Part shown: in pieces, positions 33,281-41,923 of the stretch
Layout: every line of letters starts with the position of its first letter
How positions within the stretch are numbered: the stretch's first letter is position 1
NCBI GenBank assembly: GCA_963715735.1
Contig: OY970268.1
Coordinates: 2,513,529 to 2,577,528, forward strand
Direction of reading: 5' to 3'
Source of the DNA: an uncultured Thermoleophilia bacterium
GTDB lineage: Bacteria > Actinomycetota > Thermoleophilia > Solirubrobacterales > 70-9
Length of the DNA stretch: 64,000 bases
Position numbers and translations under genes: made by a program
The notes under the pieces: model-generated
Databases searched by the model: none
What the model was told of the DNA's origin: nothing
What the model saw: the letters and a program-made list of their open reading frames with translations, nothing else

Positions 33281-34170
33281 TCAGTCCGAGCCGATGGGAT
33301 GAAAAAGGGACGAGCCGCCCCTGACCCTGGCCCGGAGCTCCCCTCGGACGAAGCGCTTGAACCGCGCATCCTCAACCTTAGGTTGAGAGTGAGTCAAGGC
33401 GCTGAGGTAGCCGTAGAGGAAGGCGATTCCGGAGAGCCCGCGCGGCTTCTGCAGCGCCACCTTGAAGGACCTCGCGACCACCCAGGGCAGGCCGTAGCGG
33501 AGGATGTAGGCGCAGCGGCCGTGCCGGGCACGGCCCCGCAGCGCTCCCCCCGGGTCGCCACCGGACGATGGTGCTTGGCGCTCAGCTCCGGCAGCGAACG
33601 GGTCGCGAAGCCTTCCATCCGCGCGTAGGTCTCGTCGATCGTGTCCCAACCGAGTCTCTCCTCGATCCCGCCGATCGCCTCGAAGCACTCGCGGCTGTAG
33701 AGCTTCAGAGCGCCGCGGACATGGTGCTCGGGGACCTTCGTCGGGCGCCATCCTCGCCGGCCGTGCTCGAGCAGTGAGCCGCCGGCAATTCCCAGCTGCG
33801 GCTCCTCCTCGAAGCGCTCGATCAGGCACTCGAAGTAGTCGGGCGGCAGCTCGACGTCGGCGTCGAGCTTGCCGACGTGGGTGAACTGCGTGAGGTCAAC
33901 CGTAGCCAGGGCAGCGTTGAAGGCGCGCGCCTCGGCCGCGAGGGTGAGCCCGTCCTCCTCGGTGCGATCCTGGGGGGGCATCGGCATCGTCTCCAGGAAC
34001 GGCACCCGCGCCGCCATGCTCCTGAGAATCGACGGGGTGTCGTCGCTGGAGCCGTCGTCGACGACGAGCCAGAGATCGGGCGGGCGGCTCTGCTCAGTGA
34101 CCGCGCGGATCGTCGTCGCCAGGTAGGCGGCCTCGTCGCGGGCGGGAGTGATCAGCAGCACGCGAGACAT
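33281..34170 (-). pseudogene. GT2 glycosyltransferase interrupted by a 1-nt frameshift in a homopolymer
   Basis: The N-terminal part (MSRVLLITPARDE..VVDDGSSDDT..GKLDADV..HHRPVATRG) runs in one frame. The conserved continuation (GALRGRARHGRCAYILRYGLPWVVARSFKVALQKPRGLSGIAFLYGYL..ED.RFKRFVR) runs in another. The switch lies at the C6 run (G6 on the coding strand) at 33546-33551. One extra G would restore a single frame of about 296 aa. Confidence 0.7.
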
Positions 34171-34171
34171 C

Positions 34172-35404
34172 TCAGCTCCGCCTCGAGCGCTCGACCAGGT
34201 CGTCGACCAACTCCAGGTAGCCCTGCCGCTGGCGTCGCCACTCGATCGCGGCGAGCTTTTCCGCCGCGCGCTCGGCCCGTTCCTGAGCCAGACGGGGCTC
34301 GCTCCGAACACCTTCGATCGCGGCGGCGATCGAGCTCGGGTCGCCGGGCTCGGCCAGCAGCACGTCGTCGCCAAAGTAGCTCTCGATCACCGGCAGGCGG
34401 GAGGCGACAACCGGCAGCCCCATGTGCACGTACTCGAGCAACTTGACCGGCAGCAGCAGCTCGGTGAAGTCATCGCGCAGGGTCGGTACGACGCCGAGAT
34501 GAGCTTCCCGAAGGCGATCGGGGATCTGCTCGACCGGCGTCGGACGGGGTGCGATCCGCACTCCCTCGGGGACGAGCGCCGCCGCCGTCGCCGCCAGCTC
34601 CCGCGCCGCCTCGGCATCGGCGCCGAAGACGTCGAGCACGACCGGGGTGGCGCGCTCCCGCAGCAAAGCCACGGCTCGGACCAGGTTCTCGACCCCGAAG
34701 CGGTCGGCGAGACCACCGTGGTAGACGACCCGCAGCTCCCCGTCGGCGGGCGGCAGCTGGGGCGGGCGGCGCTCGCCGAAGACCCGCTCGTCGGGCGTGT
34801 TCATCACGACCTGGGTTCGGGCGGCGCCCACCCCCCGGGCGGCGAGCAGGTCCCGGGCCTCAGCGGTGACGAAGATGTGGCCGTCGGCCATTGCCGCGCT
34901 GACCCGCTCCTCCGCCCGGATCAGGCGCACGAGCGGGTGACCCGGCGAGCGGCCGAACAGGGTGGCGAACAGCTCGGGAAAGGTGTCGTGGAAGTTGAGG
35001 ACGAGCGGAGTCCCCCGCAGCTTCGGCGCCAACGCCGCGAAGACGAGCGCGTCGGGCATGTTGTGGACCTCGACCAGGTCGAAGCGCAGTTGGCGATCCA
35101 GGGCGGTGACCTTGCGCGCGGCGCCGGCGAGGAAGCGGGCGTTGCCGTCGAGGTAGTTGCGGGTTCCCCCGCGCGGCTTTGCCGCCGCGGCGCGGTGGAG
35201 GACGATCTTGCCGCTGCCGACCGCGATCTCCCGATCGTCGTTGAGGCAGACGCAGTCGACTCGGTCCCCGCGTTCGGCCAAGGCCCTCGCCTGGCGCTGG
35301 ATCCGCGAATCGACCTCGAAGTCGGAGTAGTGGATCATGCAGACCCGAAGGCCACCCGCGACCGGGGTGCGGGCGACGCTCTCAGCCGTCTGCTGGGAGC
35401 TCAA
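34172..35404 (-). CDS. GT-B glycosyltransferase (GT4-like)
   Basis: RVCMIHYSDFEVDSRIQRQARALAERGD (WbuB/GT4-like N-terminus) and a C-terminal LLPVKLLEYVHMGLPVVAS motif. ATG 35338 is an alternative start that would remove the 23-nt overlap with the aminotransferase gene. Confidence 0.8.
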   Translation of the reverse strand: MSSQQTAESVARTPVAGGLRVCMIHYSDFEVDSRIQRQARALAERGDRVDCVCLNDDREIAVGSGKIVLHRAAAAKPRGGTRNYLDGNARFLAGAARKVTALDRQLRFDLVEVHNMPDALVFAALAPKLRGTPLVLNFHDTFPELFATLFGRSPGHPLVRLIRAEERVSAAMADGHIFVTAEARDLLAARGVGAARTQVVMNTPDERVFGERRPPQLPPADGELRVVYHGGLADRFGVENLVRAVALLRERATPVVLDVFGADAEAARELAATAAALVPEGVRIAPRPTPVEQIPDRLREAHLGVVPTLRDDFTELLLPVKLLEYVHMGLPVVASRLPVIESYFGDDVLLAEPGDPSSIAAAIEGVRSEPRLAQERAERAAEKLAAIEWRRQRQGYLELVDDLVERSRRS

Positions 35405-36551
35405 AGCTCTTCACCGCCGCGACGATCTCGCTGATCTGCCAGTCCTCGATCGCCGGGAAGATCGGCAGCGAGCAGTTTTCGTCGGCCAGCCGCTCGGCGA
35501 CCGGCAGGGCGCCGGGGCCGAGGCCGAGGTGGGCGTAGGCGGGCTGGAGATGGATCGGCGTCGGGTAATGGATCGCGCTGGCGATGCCGCTGCCGTCGAG
35601 GTGGTCGCGGAGCGCGTCGCGGCGATCGCTGCGAATGACGAAGAGGTGGTAGACGTGGTCGGAGTCCGCTGCCGGCAGGGCCGGGGGAATCACGGCGCGG
35701 CCGGCGAGTCCGGCGCGCAGGGCGTCGGCGGCCTCGCGGCGGCGCTGGTTCCAGTCGGGAAGATGACGCAGCTTGACCGCGAGGATCGCCGCCTGCAGGG
35801 TGTCGAGCCGGTGGGTGCCGGTGGCAAGGCGGTGATTGTGACGGGGGGACTCGCCGTGGGAGCGCAGCAGGCGCACGCGCTCGTCGAGCGCGGCGTCGCT
35901 GGTTACGAGAGCGCCACCGTCGCCCCAGCCGCCGAGGTTCTTGGTCGGGTAGAAGCTGAAGCAGCCGGCATCGCCGAGCGAGCCGACCGGACGGCCGCGG
36001 TAGATCGCGCCATGCGCCTGGCAGGCGTCCTCGACGACGTAGATGTCGCGCTCGCGGCAGAGCCTCAGCAGCGGGTCCATGTCGACCGGGCGCCCGAAGA
36101 GGTGGACCGGGATCACGCAGCGGGTTCTCTCGGTCAAGGCCGCTTCGACGATCTCAGCCGTGATCAGCGCCGTCTCCGGGTCGACGTCGACGATCACCGG
36201 CGTGGCGCCGACGGTGCTGACCGCCTCGGCGGTGGCGATAAAGCTGTAGGTCGGGACGATGACCTCGTCCCCGGGCCCGATGCCGAGTGCGTGCAGGGCG
36301 ATCTCCAGGGCCGCGGTGCCCGAGGAGACCCCGGCCGCGTGTTCGGTCCCGCAGAACTCGGCGAAAGCGTCCTCGAAGCGCTCCAGTTCGGGGCCGAGGG
36401 TGAAGGCGGAGTCGCGGCCGATCCGCTCGATCGTCTCCATCAGCTCCGCGAAGAGATCGGGAAAGGCGCTGTCGAGGCGAATGAAGGGGACCTTCGTGCC
36501 CTCGGTGGCTGCCAGCGGCAGCGGACTGCCCGTCGCGGTCGGTGCGTTCAC
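35382..36551 (-). CDS. DegT/DnrJ/EryC1/StrS-family PLP-dependent sugar aminotransferase (WbpE/WlbC/ArnB-like)
   Basis: VSSGTAALEIAL, PTYSFIATAEAV, VEDACQAHGA, FSFYPTKNLGGWGDGGA (PLP Lys) and HYP.P.H. GTG start at 36551 preceded by GGAGGAGG. GTGA overlap with the regulator gene. Confidence 0.9.
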   Translation of the reverse strand: MNAPTATGSPLPLAATEGTKVPFIRLDSAFPDLFAELMETIERIGRDSAFTLGPELERFEDAFAEFCGTEHAAGVSSGTAALEIALHALGIGPGDEVIVPTYSFIATAEAVSTVGATPVIVDVDPETALITAEIVEAALTERTRCVIPVHLFGRPVDMDPLLRLCRERDIYVVEDACQAHGAIYRGRPVGSLGDAGCFSFYPTKNLGGWGDGGALVTSDAALDERVRLLRSHGESPRHNHRLATGTHRLDTLQAAILAVKLRHLPDWNQRRREAADALRAGLAGRAVIPPALPAADSDHVYHLFVIRSDRRDALRDHLDGSGIASAIHYPTPIHLQPAYAHLGLGPGALPVAERLADENCSLPIFPAIEDWQISEIVAAVKSFELPADG

Positions 36552-37207
36552 GATGCCTCCTCCTGGCGCGGTTGCTCCAGCTCGTTGAACAGGGCGGCGG
36601 CCTCGCGGCGCGAGCGCACGCCGAACTTTCCGAACACCGAGGCGAGGTGGCTCTTGATCGTGCTCTCGGAGAGAAAGAGCGCCTCGGCGATCTGGGCGTT
36701 CGTCATCCCCTGCGACACGTATTCCATGACCTGGCGCTCGCGATGGGAGAAGGTCGGCCGCTCGACGCTCGCGCGGAGCTTGCGGGGGACGACGGACTGT
36801 CCGGAGCCGACCGCCCTCACCGTTACCGCCAGGGTCGACTCGAGATCGGTCTCGAAGACGATCGCGTCCGCCCCCGCGTCGAGCGCGCGGCGAACACCGG
36901 TCCCGGTGGCGGTCGGCGAGACGACGACTATCGCCGGTCCCCGAAGCTCGCGCCGGAGGCGCCGCAGCGCCGCCATCTCGCTCGGCAGATCGAGATCGCA
37001 GACGAAGACCACGATCGCGCTCGCCGCAAGTCCCACTCCGGCCAGCTCGCTCGGACCCTCGAACACGACCAGCTCGAGGTCTAGATCCTGCTCGCTCAGC
37101 GTCGCCTCGATCCGACGGCGCGCGTCGGAGGAAGCAGGGCAAACGATCGCGCAAACCTGCCCGGATCTGGACAAGATGCCTTCGATCGGATCGCTGAGGA
37201 CCGCCAT
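36548..37207 (-). CDS. LuxR/NarL-family regulator with an atypical receiver-like N-terminal domain
   Basis: C-terminal HTH: FSHRERQVMEYVSQGMTNAQIAEALFLSESTIKSHLASVFGKFGV. In the N-terminal receiver-like fold the acidic pair is CP (AIVCPASS) and the conserved Lys position reads E (GADAIVFET). An Asp is retained in VFVCDLDLP. Confidence 0.85.
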   Translation of the reverse strand: MAVLSDPIEGILSRSGQVCAIVCPASSDARRRIEATLSEQDLDLELVVFEGPSELAGVGLAASAIVVFVCDLDLPSEMAALRRLRRELRGPAIVVVSPTATGTGVRRALDAGADAIVFETDLESTLAVTVRAVGSGQSVVPRKLRASVERPTFSHRERQVMEYVSQGMTNAQIAEALFLSESTIKSHLASVFGKFGVRSRREAAALFNELEQPRQEEAS

Positions 37208-37287
37208 GGACCACCAACGGCGCGACCGTATGAAAGTTTGCGCGGATCAGGACGGAAGTCCCGGGCCGGAAGTACGTTCATCGTCCG

Positions 37288-37815
37288 ATGACCCCCAGCG
37301 CGCAGAGGCTCCCGGCGAACGAGGCGCCGCATCGACTACTCGACGACGTCGAGCTCGGCGAGGGGGTGGTGATCCAGGCGTTCACCAACCTCTACGGCTG
37401 CCAAATCGGCTCCCGCAGTCGGATCGGGACCTTCGTGGAGATCCAGCGCGGCGCCATCGTCGGCTCCGCTTGCAAGATCCAGAGCCACACCTTCATCTGC
37501 GACGGGGTGAGGATCGAGGACGGGGTGTTCGTCGGTCACGGCGTGATGTTCATCAACGACAAGCGACCGCGGGCGCTCACCCCCGAGGGTGAGCTTCAGG
37601 ACGAGTCTGACTGGGAGCTGATGAGGTCCGTGGTCGAGGCGGGGGCCTCGATCGGATCCGGGGCGACGATTCTCGGCGGCTTGCGGATCGGTGCCGGCGC
37701 GACCGTCGGCGCCGGCGCCGTGGTCACGCGCGACGTGGCGCCGGGGTCGACCGTCGTCGGCAATCCCGCGCGGCCGCTCAGTCCCTCGCCCCGGTCAGCG
37801 CCAGCGCTCCAGTAA
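37288..37815 (+). CDS. LbH sugar N-acetyltransferase (FdtC/QdtC/WbpD-like)
   Basis: GCQIGSRSRIGTFVEIQRGAIVGSACKIQSHTFICDGVRIEDGVFVGHGVMFINDKRPRA plus C-terminal repeats. Confidence 0.85.
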   Translation: MTPSAQRLPANEAPHRLLDDVELGEGVVIQAFTNLYGCQIGSRSRIGTFVEIQRGAIVGSACKIQSHTFICDGVRIEDGVFVGHGVMFINDKRPRALTPEGELQDESDWELMRSVVEAGASIGSGATILGGLRIGAGATVGAGAVVTRDVAPGSTVVGNPARPLSPSPRSAPALQ

Positions 37816-38370
37816 GTCGCCCTCGGGCACCTCGCGGACCGCCTTGGCCGGTACGCCCATCACCACCGCGCGGGGCGCGACGTCCGCGGCGACCACGGCG
37901 CCGGCGGCGACGAACGCCTCCTCGCCGACCTCGACGCCGGGACAGATCACGACCCCGCCGCCGATCCTGCAAGCCCGGCGCAGCAGCGGTCCGGCGAAGC
38001 CGGACCGCGGCGGATGGCGGTCCATCGTGTCGTCGTTGGTCAGAGTCACTCCAGGGCCGATGAAGACGTCGTCCTCGATTACCGAGCCGCCGGTCAGGTA
38101 GCAGCGCGTCTGCACGCTGACCCGGGCGCCGATCGCGACGCCGGGGTCCACGGAGGTGAAGCTGCCGATCGTCGAGCCGGCGCCGATCGTGGCGCCGTCC
38201 CGGACCTGGGCATGGTCGCCGATCCGAGCCCCGGCGCCGATGCGAACACCGGAATGGATGATCGCGTGACCACCGAGCAGCACGCCCTCGCCGATCACCA
38301 CGTCGTCGCCGAGCAGGAGGCCGGGCGCCAGGTCGGATCGCTGCAGCTCGGCCCCGCTCACCGGCGGCAT
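37795..38370 (-). CDS. LbH sugar N-acetyltransferase (second copy, WbpD/FdtC-like)
   Basis: Start at ATG 38370 (MPPVSGAE). Hexapeptide repeats and IEDDVFIGPGVTLTNDDTMDRHP. Its 3' end overlaps the convergent 37288..37815 gene by 21 nt. Confidence 0.8.
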   Translation of the reverse strand: MPPVSGAELQRSDLAPGLLLGDDVVIGEGVLLGGHAIIHSGVRIGAGARIGDHAQVRDGATIGAGSTIGSFTSVDPGVAIGARVSVQTRCYLTGGSVIEDDVFIGPGVTLTNDDTMDRHPPRSGFAGPLLRRACRIGGGVVICPGVEVGEEAFVAAGAVVAADVAPRAVVMGVPAKAVREVPEGDLLERWR

Positions 38371-38433
38371 GCTAGCGGTGCCGCTGGCAACCACGCCGCA
38401 AGCTGGGCGACGCGGCGGTCGTTTACCAGGTGT

Positions 38434-39366
38434 ATGCACGACGTCTGCGTAGTCATCGTCTCCCACAACGGCAAGCGCTGGCTGGAGGGCGCACTGATGA
38501 CTCTCTTCGAGCGGGTGGGCGAGGTCGCCGTGGACGTCGTGGTGGTGGACAACGGCAGCGACGGCGCCGCCGAGTACGTCCAGGAACGCTTCCCGAGCGT
38601 CCGCACGCTCCATTGCCCGAACAAGGGCTTTGGCCACGCCAACAACCAGGCCCTGGCGACGGCCGATGCCCGCTACGTCCTCTTCCTCAACCCCGATACG
38701 GAATTCCTCGCCGGCAACCTCGGAGAGCTGGTCGCCGCGGTCGATCGGCGCCCCGAGGTCGGCCTGGCGGGCACGCGCCAGGTCGGCAGCGACGGCAGCC
38801 TGGCCCCCAGCATCAGGCGGTTCCCGTCGGTCCCCAACATGTTTGCCGAAGCACTCGGCGTGGAGCGGATGCCGGGGGTCAGGCGGATCCTCGGAGAGCG
38901 GGAGCTCGACCTCGACCAGTACGGGCGCGAAACCCCCTGCGACTGGACTTCGGGATCCTTCATGCTCGCTCGCAGCGAGGCGCTCAGGAGCACCGGAGGA
39001 TTCGACGAACGCTTCTTCCTCTTCTCCGAGGAGACCGACCTCTGTTGGCGGCTCAAGCAGGCGGGATGGCAGGTCGCGCACATCCCCTGCGTGACGATCC
39101 GCCACTACGAGCACGACGGCAAGGCGAGCCCGCTGCTGGAAGCGCAGGCCGCCTACGCGCGCCTGCAGTTCGCGCAAAAGAACCTCGGCCGGTTCTGGGA
39201 GTACCGGCTGGCGTTGGGGCTCCGCTACGGCCTGCGGTTCTGCCTGTACCTGCTGCGGGGAAGCGGCGGGCGCGGGCGCCGCGAGGCAGCCGCCGCGGCG
39301 CTCTCCACCGTGCTCAGCGGGCGACCGCCCTTCGATCGCCAGGCGGGTGAGCCCGCGCCCGCCTGA
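38434..39366 (+). CDS. GT2 glycosyltransferase (rhamnosyltransferase-like)
   Basis: Start at ATG 38434. VCVVIVSHNGKRWL, VVVVDNGSDGAAEY, LFLNPDTEF and FFLFSEETDLCWR. Confidence 0.85.
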   Translation: MHDVCVVIVSHNGKRWLEGALMTLFERVGEVAVDVVVVDNGSDGAAEYVQERFPSVRTLHCPNKGFGHANNQALATADARYVLFLNPDTEFLAGNLGELVAAVDRRPEVGLAGTRQVGSDGSLAPSIRRFPSVPNMFAEALGVERMPGVRRILGERELDLDQYGRETPCDWTSGSFMLARSEALRSTGGFDERFFLFSEETDLCWRLKQAGWQVAHIPCVTIRHYEHDGKASPLLEAQAAYARLQFAQKNLGRFWEYRLALGLRYGLRFCLYLLRGSGGRGRREAAAAALSTVLSGRPPFDRQAGEPAPA

Positions 39367-39448
39367 TCGCGATCGGCCTGCACGAAATGTGGCGGCTGTC
39401 TCCGGGGTGCAACTTTTCGGGTCCCGGCCTGGTTGTAATGACCAAGCG

Positions 39449-41227
39449 ATGCACCGACGCCCCCGACCTCAGCTCCTTCCCGGCCTCGTCCGCGCCGCGT
39501 TCGGCGCCACGCTGCTCCTGCTGGCCGCCTGGCAGGTAACCGCGCCGGACCACGCCTCCGCCCGCAGCGTCGAGTTCGACGGCAAACAGGTCCGGGTACC
39601 GCCATCGTGGCCGGTCTACCGGCTGGCCGAGCACCCCGGCGTCTGTGTGCGACTCGACCGCCGCGCCGTCTACCTCGGCACCCCCTCCGCCAACCAGCGC
39701 TGTCCCGCCACGGCGATCGGCCGGCGGCGGGCGATCCTGGTCGAACCCACGGTGTCGCGCCCGTCCCGCCCGGCTCTGCCCAGCGCCTCGGCGTCAGGCG
39801 CCGCCGCCTCCGCCGGCGGCGCCCTCTTCACCGGGCTCGGCTTCGACGCCTGCACCGCCCCCTCCTCGAAGTCGATGAGCGCCTGGCGGGCGTCATCGCC
39901 CTACGAAGCTGTCGGCGTCTACATCGGCGGCGGCAACCGCGGCTGCTCGCAGCCGAACCTGACCGCGAGCTGGGTCGGCGCACAGACCGCCGCCGGCTGG
40001 CACCTGATCCCCACCTACGTCGGCCTGCAGGCGCCGACCAGCGCCTGCACGAGCTGCGCCAAGCTCAACGCCAACCAGGCGACCGCGCAAGGGGCGGCCG
40101 CGGCTGCCGACGCGGTCGTCCAGGCGGGCGCCCTGGGGATGGGCCCCGGCAGCCCGATCTACTTCGACATGGAGGCCTACACGCGGACCTCCAGCGCCAC
40201 CGCCGCCACCCTCGCCTTCCTCGAGTCCTGGACCAACAAGCTGCACGCGCTCGGCTACACCTCCGGCGTCTACAGCAGCAGCGCCTCGGGGATCGCCGAT
40301 CTCGCCGCCCAGGTCGGCAGCGGCTACGTCCTTCCCGACGACATCTGGTTCGCCAACTGGAACGGCGTCGCCAGCACCTCCGACCCCTACGTGCCCACCA
40401 ACGCCTGGACCCCGCACCAGCGGATCCACCAGTACCGCGGCGGCCACGACGAGACCTACGGCGGCGTCACGATCAACATCGACAACAACTACGTCGACGG
40501 GGCGACCGTCGGCGGCGGGTCGTTCGCGGGAGAAGACGACCCGATCGGCTGGCTCGACCTCACCGGCGCCCCGAAGCCCGGGCAGGTGCGGGTCAAAGGC
40601 TGGGCTTTCGACCCCAACGTCCCGACGCAGCCGCTGGCGATCCGCCTCTTCGTCGGTGGCCGTGCCGGCTCGCCGAACGCGCTCGAATACGAACTCGGCG
40701 CGGTCGCGACCGGGTCCCGGGCCGATGTCGTCGCCGAGTACCCGGAGGCCGGTCCCCTGCACGGCTTCGACGTCAGCCTCGCGACCGTCAAGTCGGGGCC
40801 GCAGCCGGTCTGCGTCTACGCGGTCGACGTCGGAGCCGGGGCCGACCGCCTGCTCGCCTGCAAGACGACCAGGATCCCGGTCGCGATCTCCCTCTCCAAC
40901 GTCCGCGCCACGCCAAACGGGGTCCGCGTCCGCATTACCTGCGCCTGGCCGCAGGGAACCGCGTGCCCCGGCCAGCTGGCGCTGCGAACGCGCTTCAAGA
41001 TCGCGGTCCGTCGCGGCCACGGCCGGCCGCCGCTCCTGCGGACCGTCAAACGCTCCCTCGCTCGCCGGACCTTCCAGCTAACCGGCGAGCGCTCGCACGC
41101 CTACACGATTCCACTCAGCCCGGGCGGCCGTGAGCTGCTGCGCCAGCGCGGGACCCTGCGGACCCAGCTGGTCGCCGCGATCCCCGGCGGGCGCCGGGTG
41201 ACCGTGCTGGCGATCGAGCACCGCTAG
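39449..41227 (+). CDS. secreted DUF1906/Rv2525c-like glycoside-hydrolase-like domain protein with C-terminal beta-rich domains
   Basis: Signal peptide (LLLLAAWQVTAPDHASA). GLGFDACTAPSSKSMSAWRASSPYEAVGVYIGGGNRGCSQPNLTASWV..GWHLIPTYVGLQA..IYFDMEAY..GYTSGVYSS. Start set at ATG 39449. Confidence 0.7.
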   Translation: MHRRPRPQLLPGLVRAAFGATLLLLAAWQVTAPDHASARSVEFDGKQVRVPPSWPVYRLAEHPGVCVRLDRRAVYLGTPSANQRCPATAIGRRRAILVEPTVSRPSRPALPSASASGAAASAGGALFTGLGFDACTAPSSKSMSAWRASSPYEAVGVYIGGGNRGCSQPNLTASWVGAQTAAGWHLIPTYVGLQAPTSACTSCAKLNANQATAQGAAAAADAVVQAGALGMGPGSPIYFDMEAYTRTSSATAATLAFLESWTNKLHALGYTSGVYSSSASGIADLAAQVGSGYVLPDDIWFANWNGVASTSDPYVPTNAWTPHQRIHQYRGGHDETYGGVTINIDNNYVDGATVGGGSFAGEDDPIGWLDLTGAPKPGQVRVKGWAFDPNVPTQPLAIRLFVGGRAGSPNALEYELGAVATGSRADVVAEYPEAGPLHGFDVSLATVKSGPQPVCVYAVDVGAGADRLLACKTTRIPVAISLSNVRATPNGVRVRITCAWPQGTACPGQLALRTRFKIAVRRGHGRPPLLRTVKRSLARRTFQLTGERSHAYTIPLSPGGRELLRQRGTLRTQLVAAIPGGRRVTVLAIEHR

Positions 41228-41233
41228 TCCCTC

Positions 41234-41920
41234 CTAGCTCTCGCCCAGAGCTTTGCGCAGGCTGGCCAGCTCGCCGCGAAGCGCCTTCAGCTCGTCTTCC
41301 AGCCGCCGCAGACGATCGTCTTCGGCCACCGGATCGCCGCTGCCGACGACGTCGTCCGGGATGCCCATGGAGGCCGGCTCACCACCAATCGGCGTCGGCG
41401 GCTCCGAGGTCGCGCTCGCCGTCTCCGCCTCGTCGTCGGCCCCGCCGAGCAGCTGCGAGAACCGCTCCTCCTTCTGTCCGGGGCGCCGCTCCTGGCGGCT
41501 GACCCAGCCGCGCTCGATCAGACCGTCGAGCGTCCCCTGCACGGCGGCGAGGTCGGCGAAGCCGTGCAAGCGCTCGCTGCGCTGTTTCAGCTCGCCCGGC
41601 GTCTGCTCCCCGCGCAGCATCAGCACCGCCAACAGCGCCACCTCGGCGTCATCGAGTCCCAGCGCCTCAGGGAGAAGGTGGCGGTATTTGCGGGCGCGGC
41701 TGCCGGCGCCGCTGGCGAGCCGGGTCCAGCCCCGCTGCGCCAGTCTGCGCAGCGCGGCGCTGACCGTTTCCTCCTCGTAGGCGACGACCGGGTCGCGGTT
41801 GGTCGACTGGTTGCAGGCCAGCCGCAGCGCGTTCAGCGAGAGCGGGTAGGCATCGGGCGTCGTTCGCTGCTTCTCGACCAGGCAGCCGAGCACGCGGATC
41901 TCGACGGCGTCGGGCTCCAC
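41234..41920 (-). CDS. yceH: YceH/DUF480-family protein
   Basis: EIRVLGCLVEKQRTTPDAYPLSLNALRLACNQSTNRDPV, AEVALLAVLMLRGEQTPGELKQRSERL and PGQKEERFSQLL match my recollection of E. coli YceH. Confidence 0.8.
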   Translation of the reverse strand: MEPDAVEIRVLGCLVEKQRTTPDAYPLSLNALRLACNQSTNRDPVVAYEEETVSAALRRLAQRGWTRLASGAGSRARKYRHLLPEALGLDDAEVALLAVLMLRGEQTPGELKQRSERLHGFADLAAVQGTLDGLIERGWVSRQERRPGQKEERFSQLLGGADDEAETASATSEPPTPIGGEPASMGIPDDVVGSGDPVAEDDRLRRLEDELKALRGELASLRKALGES

Positions 41921-41923
41921 GCT

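Noticed and set aside
33540-33560. Programmed -1 ribosomal frameshift in the GT2 gene.
   Set aside because: In the zero frame the codons are CGG GGG GAG, which is not an X XXY YYZ heptamer. I saw no obvious downstream pseudoknot. A homopolymer indel (mutation or sequencing error) is the simpler explanation.
36552-37217. Upstream extension of the aminotransferase ORF (35382..37217, 611 aa) as a single fused gene.
   Set aside because: The extension is an Arg-rich out-of-frame overlap with the LuxR-type regulator gene. The DegT homology starts after GTG 36551, which has a strong GGAGGAGG SD.
37795-37815. 21-nt 3'-end overlap of the two convergent LbH acetyltransferase genes as a special regulatory feature.
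   Set aside because: Short convergent overlaps are common in compact high-GC genomes. Nothing in the sequence, such as a hairpin, suggests more than a shared termination zone.
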